Shown here: piece by piece, positions 12,534-23,505 of the stretch
Position numbering within the stretch: position 1 is the stretch's first letter
Layout: every line of letters starts with the position of its first letter
From: Isurus oxyrinchus
Taxonomy: Eukaryota
Assembly (NCBI GenBank): GCA_026770705.1
Contig: JANJGN010000041.1
Location: forward strand, 5,022,001 to 5,086,000
Direction: 5' to 3'
Length of the DNA: 64,000 nt
Program-made: the position numbers and the translations under genes
The notes under the pieces: generated by a model
What the model was told of the DNA's origin: nothing
Seen by the model: the letters and a program-made list of their open reading frames with translations, nothing else
Database searches by the model: none

Positions 12534-12875
12534 GTTTTATCCACTCAACGTTGGCATCGCTGGCAAGGCTGGCATTTATTGCCCAGCCCGAATTGCCCTT
12601 GTTCAGAGGGTAGTGAAGAGTCAACCAAATTACTGTAGTTCTGGAGGAACATGTTGCCAAGCAGATTCCCTTCCCTAAAGGGCATTAGTGAACCAGGTGG
12701 TATATTGCAACGATCGACAATGGTTTCATCGTCATCATTGTGCTTTTTATTCCAGATTTTTATTGAATTCAAATTCTACCATCTGCCACGGTGGGTTTCG
12801 AAAACCTGTTCCTGGAGCATGTTGCTGGGTTTCAGGTCCATGGACAATCCCTCTACACCATCGCCCCACTGAATT
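12534..12875 (-). mobile_element. SINE-like interspersed repeat
   Basis: ggcatcgctggcaaggctggcatttattgccc...aaattctaccatctgccacggtggg. Related copies at ~23855-24110, ~25020-25090 and, in the opposite orientation, ~44460-44830. Confidence 0.75.
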
Positions 12876-13280
12876 TGCACCCTATGTGTCACAATTGTCC
12901 CTATTGTATTGCTCAATGTTATTACCATCACAAACATTTTAGTGAACAGCCGAGCCCGCAGGAGACTCCAGGCTCACAGCAGTGGGGAGAGCCCCAGAGA
13001 CACAGAGGCGGAGAGTCAGATGAAATCCATAATTTTACTGGTTATTATCACAGCCAATTTCAACCTGTTGTGTGCAATGTTAATATTGTTTTCTTTGTGG
13101 AGACGGATATCGTGCTCTGGGAAATTGCACGTTGATCTAGATTATATTGTGATGGAATTTGGCTTCACACTACAGATACCGAGTTGCTGTACAAACATTG
13201 GGATTTACGCCGTGACCGAGGATAAGTTCAGGGAGCAGTTGAAGAATGTACAGAGATATAAATTTACTCCAGTTGTTTAA
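12876..13280 (+). pseudogene. GPR139-like: GPR139-like copy B, exon 2 3' part (TM5-TM7)
   Basis: LLNVITITNILVNSRARRRLQAHSSGESPRDTEAESQMKSIILL..EFGFTLQIPSCCTNIGIYAVTEDKFREQLKNV. Confidence 0.92.
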
Positions 13281-13879
13281 TCCACCTGTGAACTTGAACA
13301 CTGACTGATTGATAATGTCCATTCCTTTTCCGTTTTATTTTTTCTTTCCATCAGCAGAGGAGATGTTTGCTGGGCTGACAGCAGTCAGAGGGCAGAGTGG
13401 GAGTGATTGCGACAGTTTTGGTGACAGAACAATTGAAAGAGTCTGTTCCATAAGCTGTTAATTGCCAGCGCTGCACGGAGACCCATACAGAATGGAGAAC
13501 AGAGGGAAGGGGAGCCTCATCAGTGGTCCCGCAAATCCCTGCTTGTGATAGCAATCAGGCCATCAACAAAAGCAGCAGCAGTAAGGAGGGATGATGTTTC
13601 CTGCTGGTAGGGGGAGGGATAATACAGGTTGGGATTAATCCAGGCACACCAGGGCAGGAGGTTAATGGAGCAGCTACAGTTGGGGATTTACCTTTCCCTC
13701 ATGCACCGTGGAAGTGAGAAAATATAATAGGTGCTACGTGCGAGTGTGGGTGAGATTCCAGGATCAGGATTGTGGAAGGCTGTTATGCCAAGTACACCAG
13801 CAGCTGGGCTGCGCCGATATGATATACCAGATTGACAGAGGGAGGAAAGGCGATATATCAGGCTTTTAACTCAGGACTG

Positions 13880-14140
13880 GCCCTCTGACAGCGTAGCACA
13901 CCGTCAGTACTGATTCTCCAACAATGCACCGGTCCCTCAGTACCAAACCTCCGACAATGCGGCATTCATTCTATGCTGAATCACTGACAGCTCAGTGCTA
14001 ACTCCGTGCTGGTACTTCTATAGTGGAACAATTCCTCAGTACTGACCCTCAGACAGTGCAGAGCTCCCTCTGTACTGCCCCTCTGACAGTGCAGCGTTCC
14101 CTATGTGCTGACCCTCGGACAATGCGGCACTCCCTCAGAA
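13880..14140. repeat. ~33-bp minisatellite (cagtactgaccctc.gacagtgcagc.ctccct)
   Basis: About 7-8 degenerate tandem units visible. Confidence 0.85.
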
Positions 14141-16017
14141 ATCAACATCTGAGTGTCCTCTTCCAATACCCCACATTTACCAACCGCACCCCATCTCCCG
14201 CATGCCGAATTTAACACACAACATTGAGGTGTGTCCAATAAATTGCTCTCACTGTCGAAAGCTTGGATGCGTGAAGGTAAACTCAGGGTCACAGATTGAC
14301 GGAATTCCCATGGTGCAGAAGGAGGCCATTCTGCCCATCGTGACCAGGCTGGCTTTCCAAAAGCGCTATCTTGTTCAGTGCCATTTTCCTGGCGTATCCC
14401 CATAACCCTACTCATTGTTTCTATTCAAATTTTCATCCAACGTACCTTTGATTGTCTTGATTGTACATGCCTCCACCACTATTCCAGACAGTGCACTCCA
14501 GCCCAGAACAATCTGCCATATGAAAGACGCTTTCTTTCCTCTCAGGCCAAATTTAACTGGCCGGATTAGAAAGGTAAGAGGCACAAAGCAGCAGGTACAA
14601 ACAATGGATGACTTCTCCTTGGCTTTTTTTTTGTAGAAATGTTGCTTACCATCATTTCACTCTGGACCGATGGTCGAGAAGTTTTTTTTTTAAGGAATTA
14701 GATCTAAATTAGTTCAAGCATAATCCATGAAGAAGGCAGGTCTGTAGGATCTATGTATTGCTTCATATCAGTGAAATATTTTCCATTTAAGGAAACATAA
14801 ACTAAAGGTCTAGTTGAGAAGACACCTGAAGATCCCCCTCGGAGATGTGTGCATTTTTGTGAGAATCTCTGGTTTCTATTGATCTGCTTGTTTTTTTGAG
14901 ATTGTTTAGCTGCAACTGGGACAGGTGCCTTCGATAGTTCACTGTGAGAAATTAACCAGTTGATGACACTTATTTATGCCTGCACAGTGAGCAGCGAAAA
15001 CTCTAAGCCCAAGATCCATCACTTGGAATGCAAGTAAGGTTAATCTCAGACTGGATTGCATGAGGAAAAATAATCTAGAACGTTTTCTGGTTTGAAAATA
15101 AAAAAAAAATCGACAGCGGTGGTCATTGAGCCTACTGACAAAATATAGCCAATCGTGGATTAATATGGAAATATTGAAGAGAAAAGAGCGCAATGGAATG
15201 AGTCGCCTAAATATATGTTAATTGAAAGTCTTAAGGTTGAGGAAGGTTGGAACAGAGAAAATATAAAGCAAACGACATAGCACTGGCTTTCTATGTGATC
15301 CCTGAAGAAGTACATGGCTTCAAACGTTTTTTTAAGTACTAAGATAATTGTCTGGGGAAAGGAGCAAATTTTAGCGTGTAGCAAATCTGTTTATAAACTG
15401 TAGCATTCAGGCAATTGTGCTTGAGTTGCTGAACCATCTGTTATTATTTCCCAACAAAAACGATAATTGGCACGTGGTCATTCTTAGTCCGTATAGTTAA
15501 CAAAAAACACACTTTCATCATCAACTCTACCTGCTACTTCATTAACTTATGGCAATCGAGTTTGTCAGAGGCATTTACTTTCATTATTGTGTCTTCTGGC
15601 TACTACTTAGAAACCCATGTTTTCTAATCAACAAGCTCATTTTACCCTAAATTATTGAGTCTCTCTTATGACAGCTCTTTGAATTATTGGCAGATACAAG
15701 TTTATTCTTCTGCCCTACGATAAACAGGAAGCAATATTGACAACAGTTTGGGAATAGTCCGATATGCAAGGAGGATTGAAGGATAGTGGTTAGTGTGTCC
15801 ATGATTTCCGCCATTCCTTCCCTCGTAAGACCTCAGACATCCACATGAAAGCTGTAAAAAAAGCTGCTTCATTAGGGTAAAATAGAAAGGTGTTACGTTA
15901 ATATTATATATTATGGCATAATAATAAAAGTCGCCATGGACCTTAATTATGTCAATAGAGCTAACACCTCTTCAATTAAAATGCTAATCCTTCCAATAAG
16001 CCATCTCATCCTATAAC

Positions 16018-16711
16018 ATGGATAATCAGTGTGGCACTGTCAGGGGGCAGCAGCTCCAATGCGAAGGAGAATATATATTAAAAACGGAGGACAATACATT
16101 GGACTATTATAATGATCTGTCCGAATCAAGAGCTGCAGCTTGGAATCTATCCATAATGGATCAGGATCTGAGAACAATAGATTGGAATGTAACAACAATG
16201 GATCAGAAACTGAGAACAATGAATTGGAATGTTACAAAAATAGATCAGAATCTGAGAACAATGGATTGGAATATTCCAAAACTGAATCAGAATCTGAGAA
16301 AAATATTTTGGAATATGACAAAAATGGATCAGAATCTGAGAAAGATAGCCAGGAATATTACAAAAATGGATCAGCAACTGAGATCAATACATTGGAATAT
16401 TACAAAAATGGTTTAGAATCTGAGAACAATACTTTGGGATATTTCAAAAATGGATCAGAATCTGAGAACAATACTTTGGAATTTTACAAACATGGATCAG
16501 AATCTGAGAACAGTAGGTTGGAAAGTTTGAACAATGGATTAGGACCTGAAAACAGTCGACTGGCATCATACAAGAGGCAGGAGGTTACCCTGGTATGTTC
16601 ATTATATGTTGACTATTTATTGTGGAATCACATTCAAATATCGGGTCGCAATGCTACTTCAGGTTATTTAATGTTCTTGCTATCCAATGCTCGCTTTTGT
16701 TGGTGTGCATC
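16018..16711 (+). pseudogene. GPR139-like: GPR139-like copy C, exon 1 with expanded N-terminal repeat; no exon 2 found
   Basis: Ten 14-aa repeats, then ..YRVAMLLQVI*CSCYPMLAFVGVH and a phase-1 donor C|gtaagt at 16712. Four in-frame stops, the first at 16414-16416. Confidence 0.88.
16156..16575 (+). repeat. 42-bp coding tandem repeat x10 (consensus ATGGATCAGAATCTGAGAACAATAGATTGGAATGTTACAAAA)
   Basis: Units start exactly 42 bp apart: 16156, 16198, 16240, 16282, 16324, 16366, 16408, 16450, 16492, 16534. Confidence 0.97.
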
Positions 16712-16914
16712 GTAAGTCTTCCTCTCTCCAGTTTTTAAGTATGTAAAGAATGTTCAATTGTAATGTTGTGCTTGAAATTCAAATTTGTATCTTTGGTTCA
16801 GTTGATATCACTGGATGTCTCTCTATCTAGCTATTATATCTGAAAGCCACATTTCACTGATTAGCTGCACTTTTTTCTTATTTTTCAGTTGAGCCTAGTG
16901 TGGATCGAAGCCAG

Positions 16915-17440
16915 TGTCACATGACTGCATCCGAAATTTTGTCCTCCGTCCACACATCCTCCACCGGCCACAGACCCCACCCCCTCCACATATCGCAACC
17001 CAGCCCAATGCCTTATGTTCATCCAGAACGTTTGCTGATGGCCTGAGCTCAGTTCATACCCAATTCACACCTTTCCGAAAGACTTTCCAGGACCACCGTC
17101 CTAATAACACATATCTCCGATCCTACCTCGACCCATCTGCTGCAGAAGTACACAATCAGGGCATTCTTTTTCAACTTGAGACACATCTACTCATCTTAAT
17201 ACCATGCCATCCGAGCCAGAATCGCCTCCTGCCACTCACCACCCATCAGCTCCACTCCGCCCACCGCCCCACACCACCACCTTGCTCAAACTTCACCTCC
17301 TGCTTGCAAACCTTGATAATACTGAACAGGTTCTGCTGCCTGTAAACTAAGTGAAATCAAATCCCACTTAACCACCGTTCCTGTGCTCAGAGAGTTACAT
17401 GGGCTAGTAGTCCAAAAGAGAATATTTTCATTCTTATATT
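16915..17440 (+). mobile_element. Old L2-type LINE RT C-terminal fragment in the intron of copy C
   Basis: Degenerate ..YLDPSAAE..(H)..K(S)..T.VPVLRELHGLVV.KR, resembling L2 PITPVLADLHWLPV. Confidence 0.55.
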
Positions 17441-17699
17441 GCTGCCCCTCACCACTTTAGAGAGTTTTACGCCTTCGAATGTTTAACAAATGCATGTTTG
17501 AAATGCAATAACAGAACAGGCAGCACCGCATTAGTGGCCAGTGTATATAAAATGAGACGTCTGCTCCTTCGGCCAATCAGATTAGATCAGAGCCACATGT
17601 TTACCACCCATGCAGCAAACGGAAAAAGAACTGCATCTTTCATAAATTTCTCTAAACTAGTCAAAATGCTGAACCCTTAATGTTAATTTCTCAGCACAC

Positions 17700-18255
17700 A
17701 ATTGTGACACTGGTACAGAGTGATCTGTAGGTACATGCCTGTGAATCAGTGAAGGTGGGAGGTTGGGTTGAGACAGTGGTTCATTAATCTTCCCGCATCC
17801 TGGGCATTATGAGGAGACACATAGAGTACGAAAGGAACATGCAGGTGTTAAACCTCCATAAAACGCAATTTCATCCTCAGCTGGAGCATTGTGCGCAGCT
17901 CTGGAAATCACATTTTAAACAGAATTTTAAGGCACCAAAGATGTTACTGAAAAGATAGATGACAATTTTAACTAAGATGATTAATCCAAGTTGTGTAGAT
18001 GATTTGGAAAAGTTGTAGCTGTTCTCCGAGGAAAACACAAGGTTGAGGGGCAGCATGAAGAGATATTTAAAATTATAAACGGTCTGGAAAAAGTAGGCTT
18101 GTAGAAACCATTTCATTGTTGGAAGGATCGAGAATCAGAGGGCACGGATATAAGGTAATTGGAAAAAGATACGATGTCCCCCGGAGGAAAGCATTTATTA
18201 CAAAACTTAATCTGGAATGTGGTGGATGAGAGTGTGGTTGAGCCAGGCCCAAGCG
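17700..18255 (+). mobile_element. CR1 LINE 3' fragment
   Basis: cctcagctggagcattgtgcgcagctctgg (PQLEHCAQLW), followed by typical CR1 C-terminal sequence. Confidence 0.8.
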
Positions 18256-18279
18256 ACGAAAAAGGGCATTGGTTTAGTC

Positions 18280-21200
18280 TCTCCCTCGTTCCTTAAATTA
18301 TATTCCTCCACAATTTAGAAACTGGGTTGCTCTGTCTCTTTTGTTAATGCCGTTCTATTTCTACTTGTGCACTGGCTTGCTCTCGTTCGAGTTTAATGCA
18401 TGTGTTCCTCCTGGTTTTGCACGCTGTGCAGCTCTCCATCTCTCTTTAATTTTTTAAATGCATTCCTCCCCTATTTGCACACTGGATTCCTCTCGCTCTC
18501 TCCATAATTTACTAATTAGATTCTAAATCTATTTTGACAGCAGGTTGATCTCTCAAATTCATTATTTGCATTCCTCCTCCATTTGCACCCTAGGCTGCTC
18601 TCTCTCTAAAGTATTAATCATATTCCTCCTTTATTTGCACACTCTGTTGCTCCCTCTGTAAATTAATAATTGTATTCCTCGTCTTCTTGTTAATGGGGTT
18701 GCTTTCTCTCTCTCTCTCTCTGTCTCTTTCGTTGATTACATTCTTCCGAACTTCATAAACTCGGAAGCCCTGTCTAATTTATTCATTCATTTCTTCCTCC
18801 CTTTGATCGCTTGTTTATTCTCTCTCTGATTTAATAATTGCATCCCTCCTCGATTTGCATGCTGTATAGCTCTCCACTCTCCCTCTAACTTATTAATTAC
18901 CTTCCTACCGGATTTGCACCTTGGGCTGCTTTCTCTGTCTTTCTTCAAAGTGAATCACAAATCCAACACGTGTTATTCAGGTTTTCAGTTGCACGGACCG
19001 GCCAGGCTGACGAGGGCCTATTAACGCCTTTTAAAAACTAATTAAAGTAATAAACTGAGCTAGGCGTTCAGACTTAATGTTGGCATCAGGCGATCAGCCC
19101 GGGCGGTCTTCACATTTTTAATGGAACCTCATTTGCTTGTGGGATGAGTATTGTTGAAGTGTTTAAAAATTCAATGAAACATTTTTTTGAAAATTATTGA
19201 CATTTCCCAGCTCAAGAGACACTGTCTCACGAGAGGAGATGCATTATCTGTGTTTTCAGTGCATTCATTTTTAAAGCTGAGTGTTATTGCACATTGGGTT
19301 GCTCTCTCCTACTCTAAACTGTGTTAATTGCATTCTGTCTCGCTTTGCCCACTTTGTTTTTCTCTCCACAATGTATCATTTCCATTCCTCCTCTATTTGA
19401 ACACTGGATTGCTCTCGCTAGTTTATTAATTACGTTCCCTGACTATTTGTGCACTGATTCGCTCTCGCTAATTTATAAATTACATTGCCTCCCTAATTGC
19501 ATGGTTGGTTGCTTTTGCTAGTTTATTAATTACATTCCATGCCTACTTGCACAAAGTGTAGCTCTCCCTAATTTGGTAATTAGAATCACTGCCTGTTTGC
19601 AAACTGGGCTGCTGTCACTAACTTATTAAGTACATTCACTGCCTATTTGCAACATGGGTTGTTCTCGCTGGTTTATGAATTTGATTCCCAGCCTATTTAT
19701 ATATTGGGTTGCTGTCGCTATTTTATCAATTACATTCCCTGCCTACTTGCCAGCTGGGTTACTCTCGCTAGTTTAATAATTACATTCCCTGCCGACTTGC
19801 CAACCGAGTTACTCTTGCTAGTTTATTATTTACATTTCCTGCATACTTGCACACCGGGTTACACTTGCTAGTTTATTAATTAAATGCCCTGCCTATTTGC
19901 AGCATGGGTTGCTCTCACTAGTTTATTAATTACATTCACTGCCTATTTGCAACATGTATTCCTCTTGGTAGTTAATTAATTACATACAATGCCTGCTTTC
20001 AACATGGGTTCCTCTCACTGTTGAATTAAATACATTCCCTGCCTCTTTAAACGCTGGGTTGCTCTCGCTAGATTATTAAATATATTCCCTCCCTATTTAC
20101 AACTGGGTTACTTTCGCTAGTTTATTAATTACATTCCCTGCCAATTTGCACACTGGGCTGCTCTCGCTAGTTAATTAATTACATTCCAACCCTATTTGCA
20201 TACTGGGTTGCTCTCGATAATTTATTAATTACATTCATTGTCTATTGGCACACTGGGAGTCTATCGCAAGTTTATTAATTGCATTCCCTGCCTATTTTCA
20301 CAAGGGGCTGCTCTCGCTAATTTAATTAATATAACCCCTGCCTTTTAGCACACTGGGTTGCCTTCGCTAGTTTATTAAGTACTTTCCCTGCCTATTTGCA
20401 CACTGGGTTGCTCTCGCTAGTTCATTAATTACATTCCCTGCCTATTTGCACACTGGGTTGTTCTCGCTCATTTATTAATTAAATTCCCTGCCCAATTACA
20501 CACTGTGCTGCTTTCCATAGTTTATTAATTACTTTCCCTGCCTACTTGCAAACCGCGTTACTCTCGCTAGTTGTGTAATTATTCTCCCTGGCCTAGCTGT
20601 ACCCTGGGTTGCTCTCACCAGTTAATTATATTCCCTGCCTATTGCCGCACTAGGTTGTTTTTGCTGGATTATTAATTAAATTCCCTGCCTATTGGCACAC
20701 TGGGTTGCTTTCCCTAGTTTATGAGTTACATTCCACCTCTAGTTGCACACTGGTTTGATTTTGCTAGTTTATTAATAACCTTCCCTGTCTAGTTGCTCTG
20801 GATACTTTATTAATTACATTCTCTGCCTATGTGCGCACTACGTTTTCTCGCTAGTTCATTAATTCAATTCCCCTTCTATTTGCACACTGGTCTGTTTTGG
20901 CTCATTTATTAATTACATTCCCTGCCGATTTGCACACTGGATGCCTCTCGCTCATTTATTTACTTACATTCTCGTCCTATTTGCACACTGGATTCCTCTC
21001 GTTAGTTGATTAATTACTTTCCCTGCCTGTTTACACACTGTGTTGCTCTTGCAAGTTTATTAATTACAGACCCTGCCTATTTGCACCCTGTGTTGCACTC
21101 GTTAGATTAATACCTGCATGCGTTGCTTAGGTGGACACTGGGTTGCTTTCGCTGCTTTATTTTTTATATTCCCTACCTATTTGCACACTGGGTTTCTCTC

Positions 21201-22600
21201 GCCAATTTATTAAATAAATTCCCTGCCTATTTGCACATTGTGTTGCTCTCACTAGTTTATTAATTACATTCCCTCCCTATTTACACACTGGGTTGCTCTC
21301 CCTAATTTATTAATTACATTCCCTCCCTATTGGCTCACTGCGTTGCTCTCGCTAGTTTACTAATTAGATTCCCTACCTATTTGCACAATGGGTTGCTCTC
21401 GATAGTTTATTAATTAAAGTTGCTGCCTATTTGTACACTGAGTTGCACTTCCTAGTTAATTAATTCCATGCTCTGTTTATGTTGACACTGGCTTGCTTTC
21501 GTTAGCTTATTAATTACATTAGCTGCTTATTTGTACATTACGTTGCTTTCGCTATTTTATTAATTGCATTCCCTGTCTGTTTGCTAACGATTTTCCTCTA
21601 GGTAGTTTATTAATTGCACTTGTTGCCTATTTGCATCATAGGTGGCTCTCACTAGTATATTCATTACATTCCCTACCTATTTGCACACGGGTTGGCTCTC
21701 CCTTGCTTGCTAATTACATTCCCTCCCTATTTGAAAACTGGCTTGCTCTCTGTTGTTCATTAATTTCATTAACTTTCTATTTGCACACTGATTTGCTCTG
21801 GTTCGTTTCGCAGTTCTATTCATTCACGATTTGTGCACAGGTTTGCTCTATCTACCTCGACTTTATTTGTTGACCACTTACATCCTTTATGTGCACACTA
21901 GGTTGCTCTTTGCATCTCATTTTCTAATGTATTATTTGCAAAACACTAATTGCACACTTGTTTACTCTCACTCTCTAAATTATAATTGCATATCACCTCA
22001 ATTTTTACACTGGCTCTCTCTCTCGCTCTCTTTTTCTGTAATTAATTAATTACATTCCTCCTCTATTTGGTCACTAGGTTGACCTCACTCTTTCTCTCTA
22101 ATTCATTAATTGAGTTGATTCGATTTTTCCACCCTGCGAGGCTCTCTCTATAATTCAGGAATTGTATTCCTTCTCTATTTTCATACAGTGTTGTTCTCTC
22201 TCTCACTTCCCAATTTATGAATTACATTTTTGTCCACTATTTGAACACTGGGTTGTTCTCTCTCACTCTAATTTATTAATTGCATTCTACCTTTATTTGC
22301 ACACTGCGTTGCTCTCCCTCTCCAACTCAAATAAATTAATTACATTCCCCTTCATTTGAACACTGAGTTGCATCTCATTCTCTAATTTATTAATTGCATT
22401 CCTCCTCCATTTGCACTATGCGTTTCTCCCGCTAGTTTATTAGTTACATTCCCTAACTATTTAGACACTGGGTTGCTCTCGCTAGGTCATGATTTACATT
22501 CCCTGCCTATTTACAGAGTGTTTGCTCTCGCTAGTTTATTAATGAAATTCCCTACGTGATTGTGCACTGCGTTGGTCCCGCAAGTGTTTCAACTATATCC
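18280..22600. repeat. 50-bp satellite array (ctagtttattaattacattccctgcctatttgcacactgggttgctctcg), roughly 75-80 copies, interrupted at ~18960-19290
   Basis: 50-bp period checked (cactgggttg at 20401 and 20451). Homogeneous core ~19400-21700, with CT-richer divergent flanks. Confidence 0.96.
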
Positions 22601-22689
22601 TTCCTGTGTTTGTGCAAAGGTGTGAAAAATTGGCCGGGTCGATAACAGAAAATTTCTGTGTCTTGGACGACAGGAATTTTTAAACGTGA

Positions 22690-23505
22690 TGGTAAAATTT
22701 GCAGATAATTGGCAGTTGGATTTCGACATGAAAAAGTGTCAGGTGATACAATTTGGAAGGAGTTTTTTGACTAGGAAGTATTCAATGAATGGCACGACAC
22801 TAGAAAGTCAGAGGAATAAAGGGACCATGGCATGAATGTCCAGAGATCCCTGAAGGCGGAAAAGAATGTTAGTTGGGTGTTGAAATAGGAAATTGGGACA
22901 CCTGCCTTCATGAATCGATGCATGGATTATAAAGTACAGAGTTCATGCTGGAGTTGTAAAGAACATTGTTGAGACCAAAGCTGTGTGTATATAGATTGGC
23001 GCATCTAGAGCTGGTGCAGAGGAGATTCACCAGGATGCCGCCTGGGCTGAAACATGCTAGTTCTGATGAAAGGTTGGATAGTCGTGGGTTACCTTGGTTG
23101 GAGCAGAGAAGACTGAGGTGCGACCTGATCGAAGTTTTCAAGATTATGAGGGGCATGGAAAGATTTGATAGTGAGCAGCTGAGCCCTTAGTTGAAGGAAC
23201 AGTGACGAGGGGTCACATGTTTAAGCTGATGGGCTGCAGGTTGAGGGGTGATGTGAGGAAAATCTTTTGTTTACCCAGTGGGAGTTCATGGTCTGAAATG
23301 CAATGACTGGGAGTGTCCTGGCAGCGGATTGTTTCACATCCTTTTAGAAAGGACGTGTATGAGCAGTTGGCATGTCGTAACATTCAAGGCTAGGGGCCAA
23401 GTGCTGGTAAATGGGATTGGGTACGTAGGTCAACTGTTTCTTAAATCTCAGTGAAGACTCAATGTGCCGAAGTGCCTCTTCTGTTTTGTGTGATTCTCTG
23501 ATTCA
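22690..23505 (+). mobile_element. CR1 LINE 3' fragment
   Basis: LELVQRRFTRMPPGLK..LEQRRLRCDLIEVFKIMRG, plus CR1 3' tail. Confidence 0.88.

Noticed and set aside
13351-13610. Possible coding exon downstream of copy B
   Set aside because: Stops in all frames and no recognisable homology.
19321-22359. Hydrophobic ORFs within the satellite
   Set aside because: The 50-bp period is not a multiple of 3; these are repeat translation artefacts.
18280-22600. CRISPR-like regular repeat array
   Set aside because: Units are head-to-tail with no unique spacers, there are no cas genes, and the context is vertebrate. It is a satellite.
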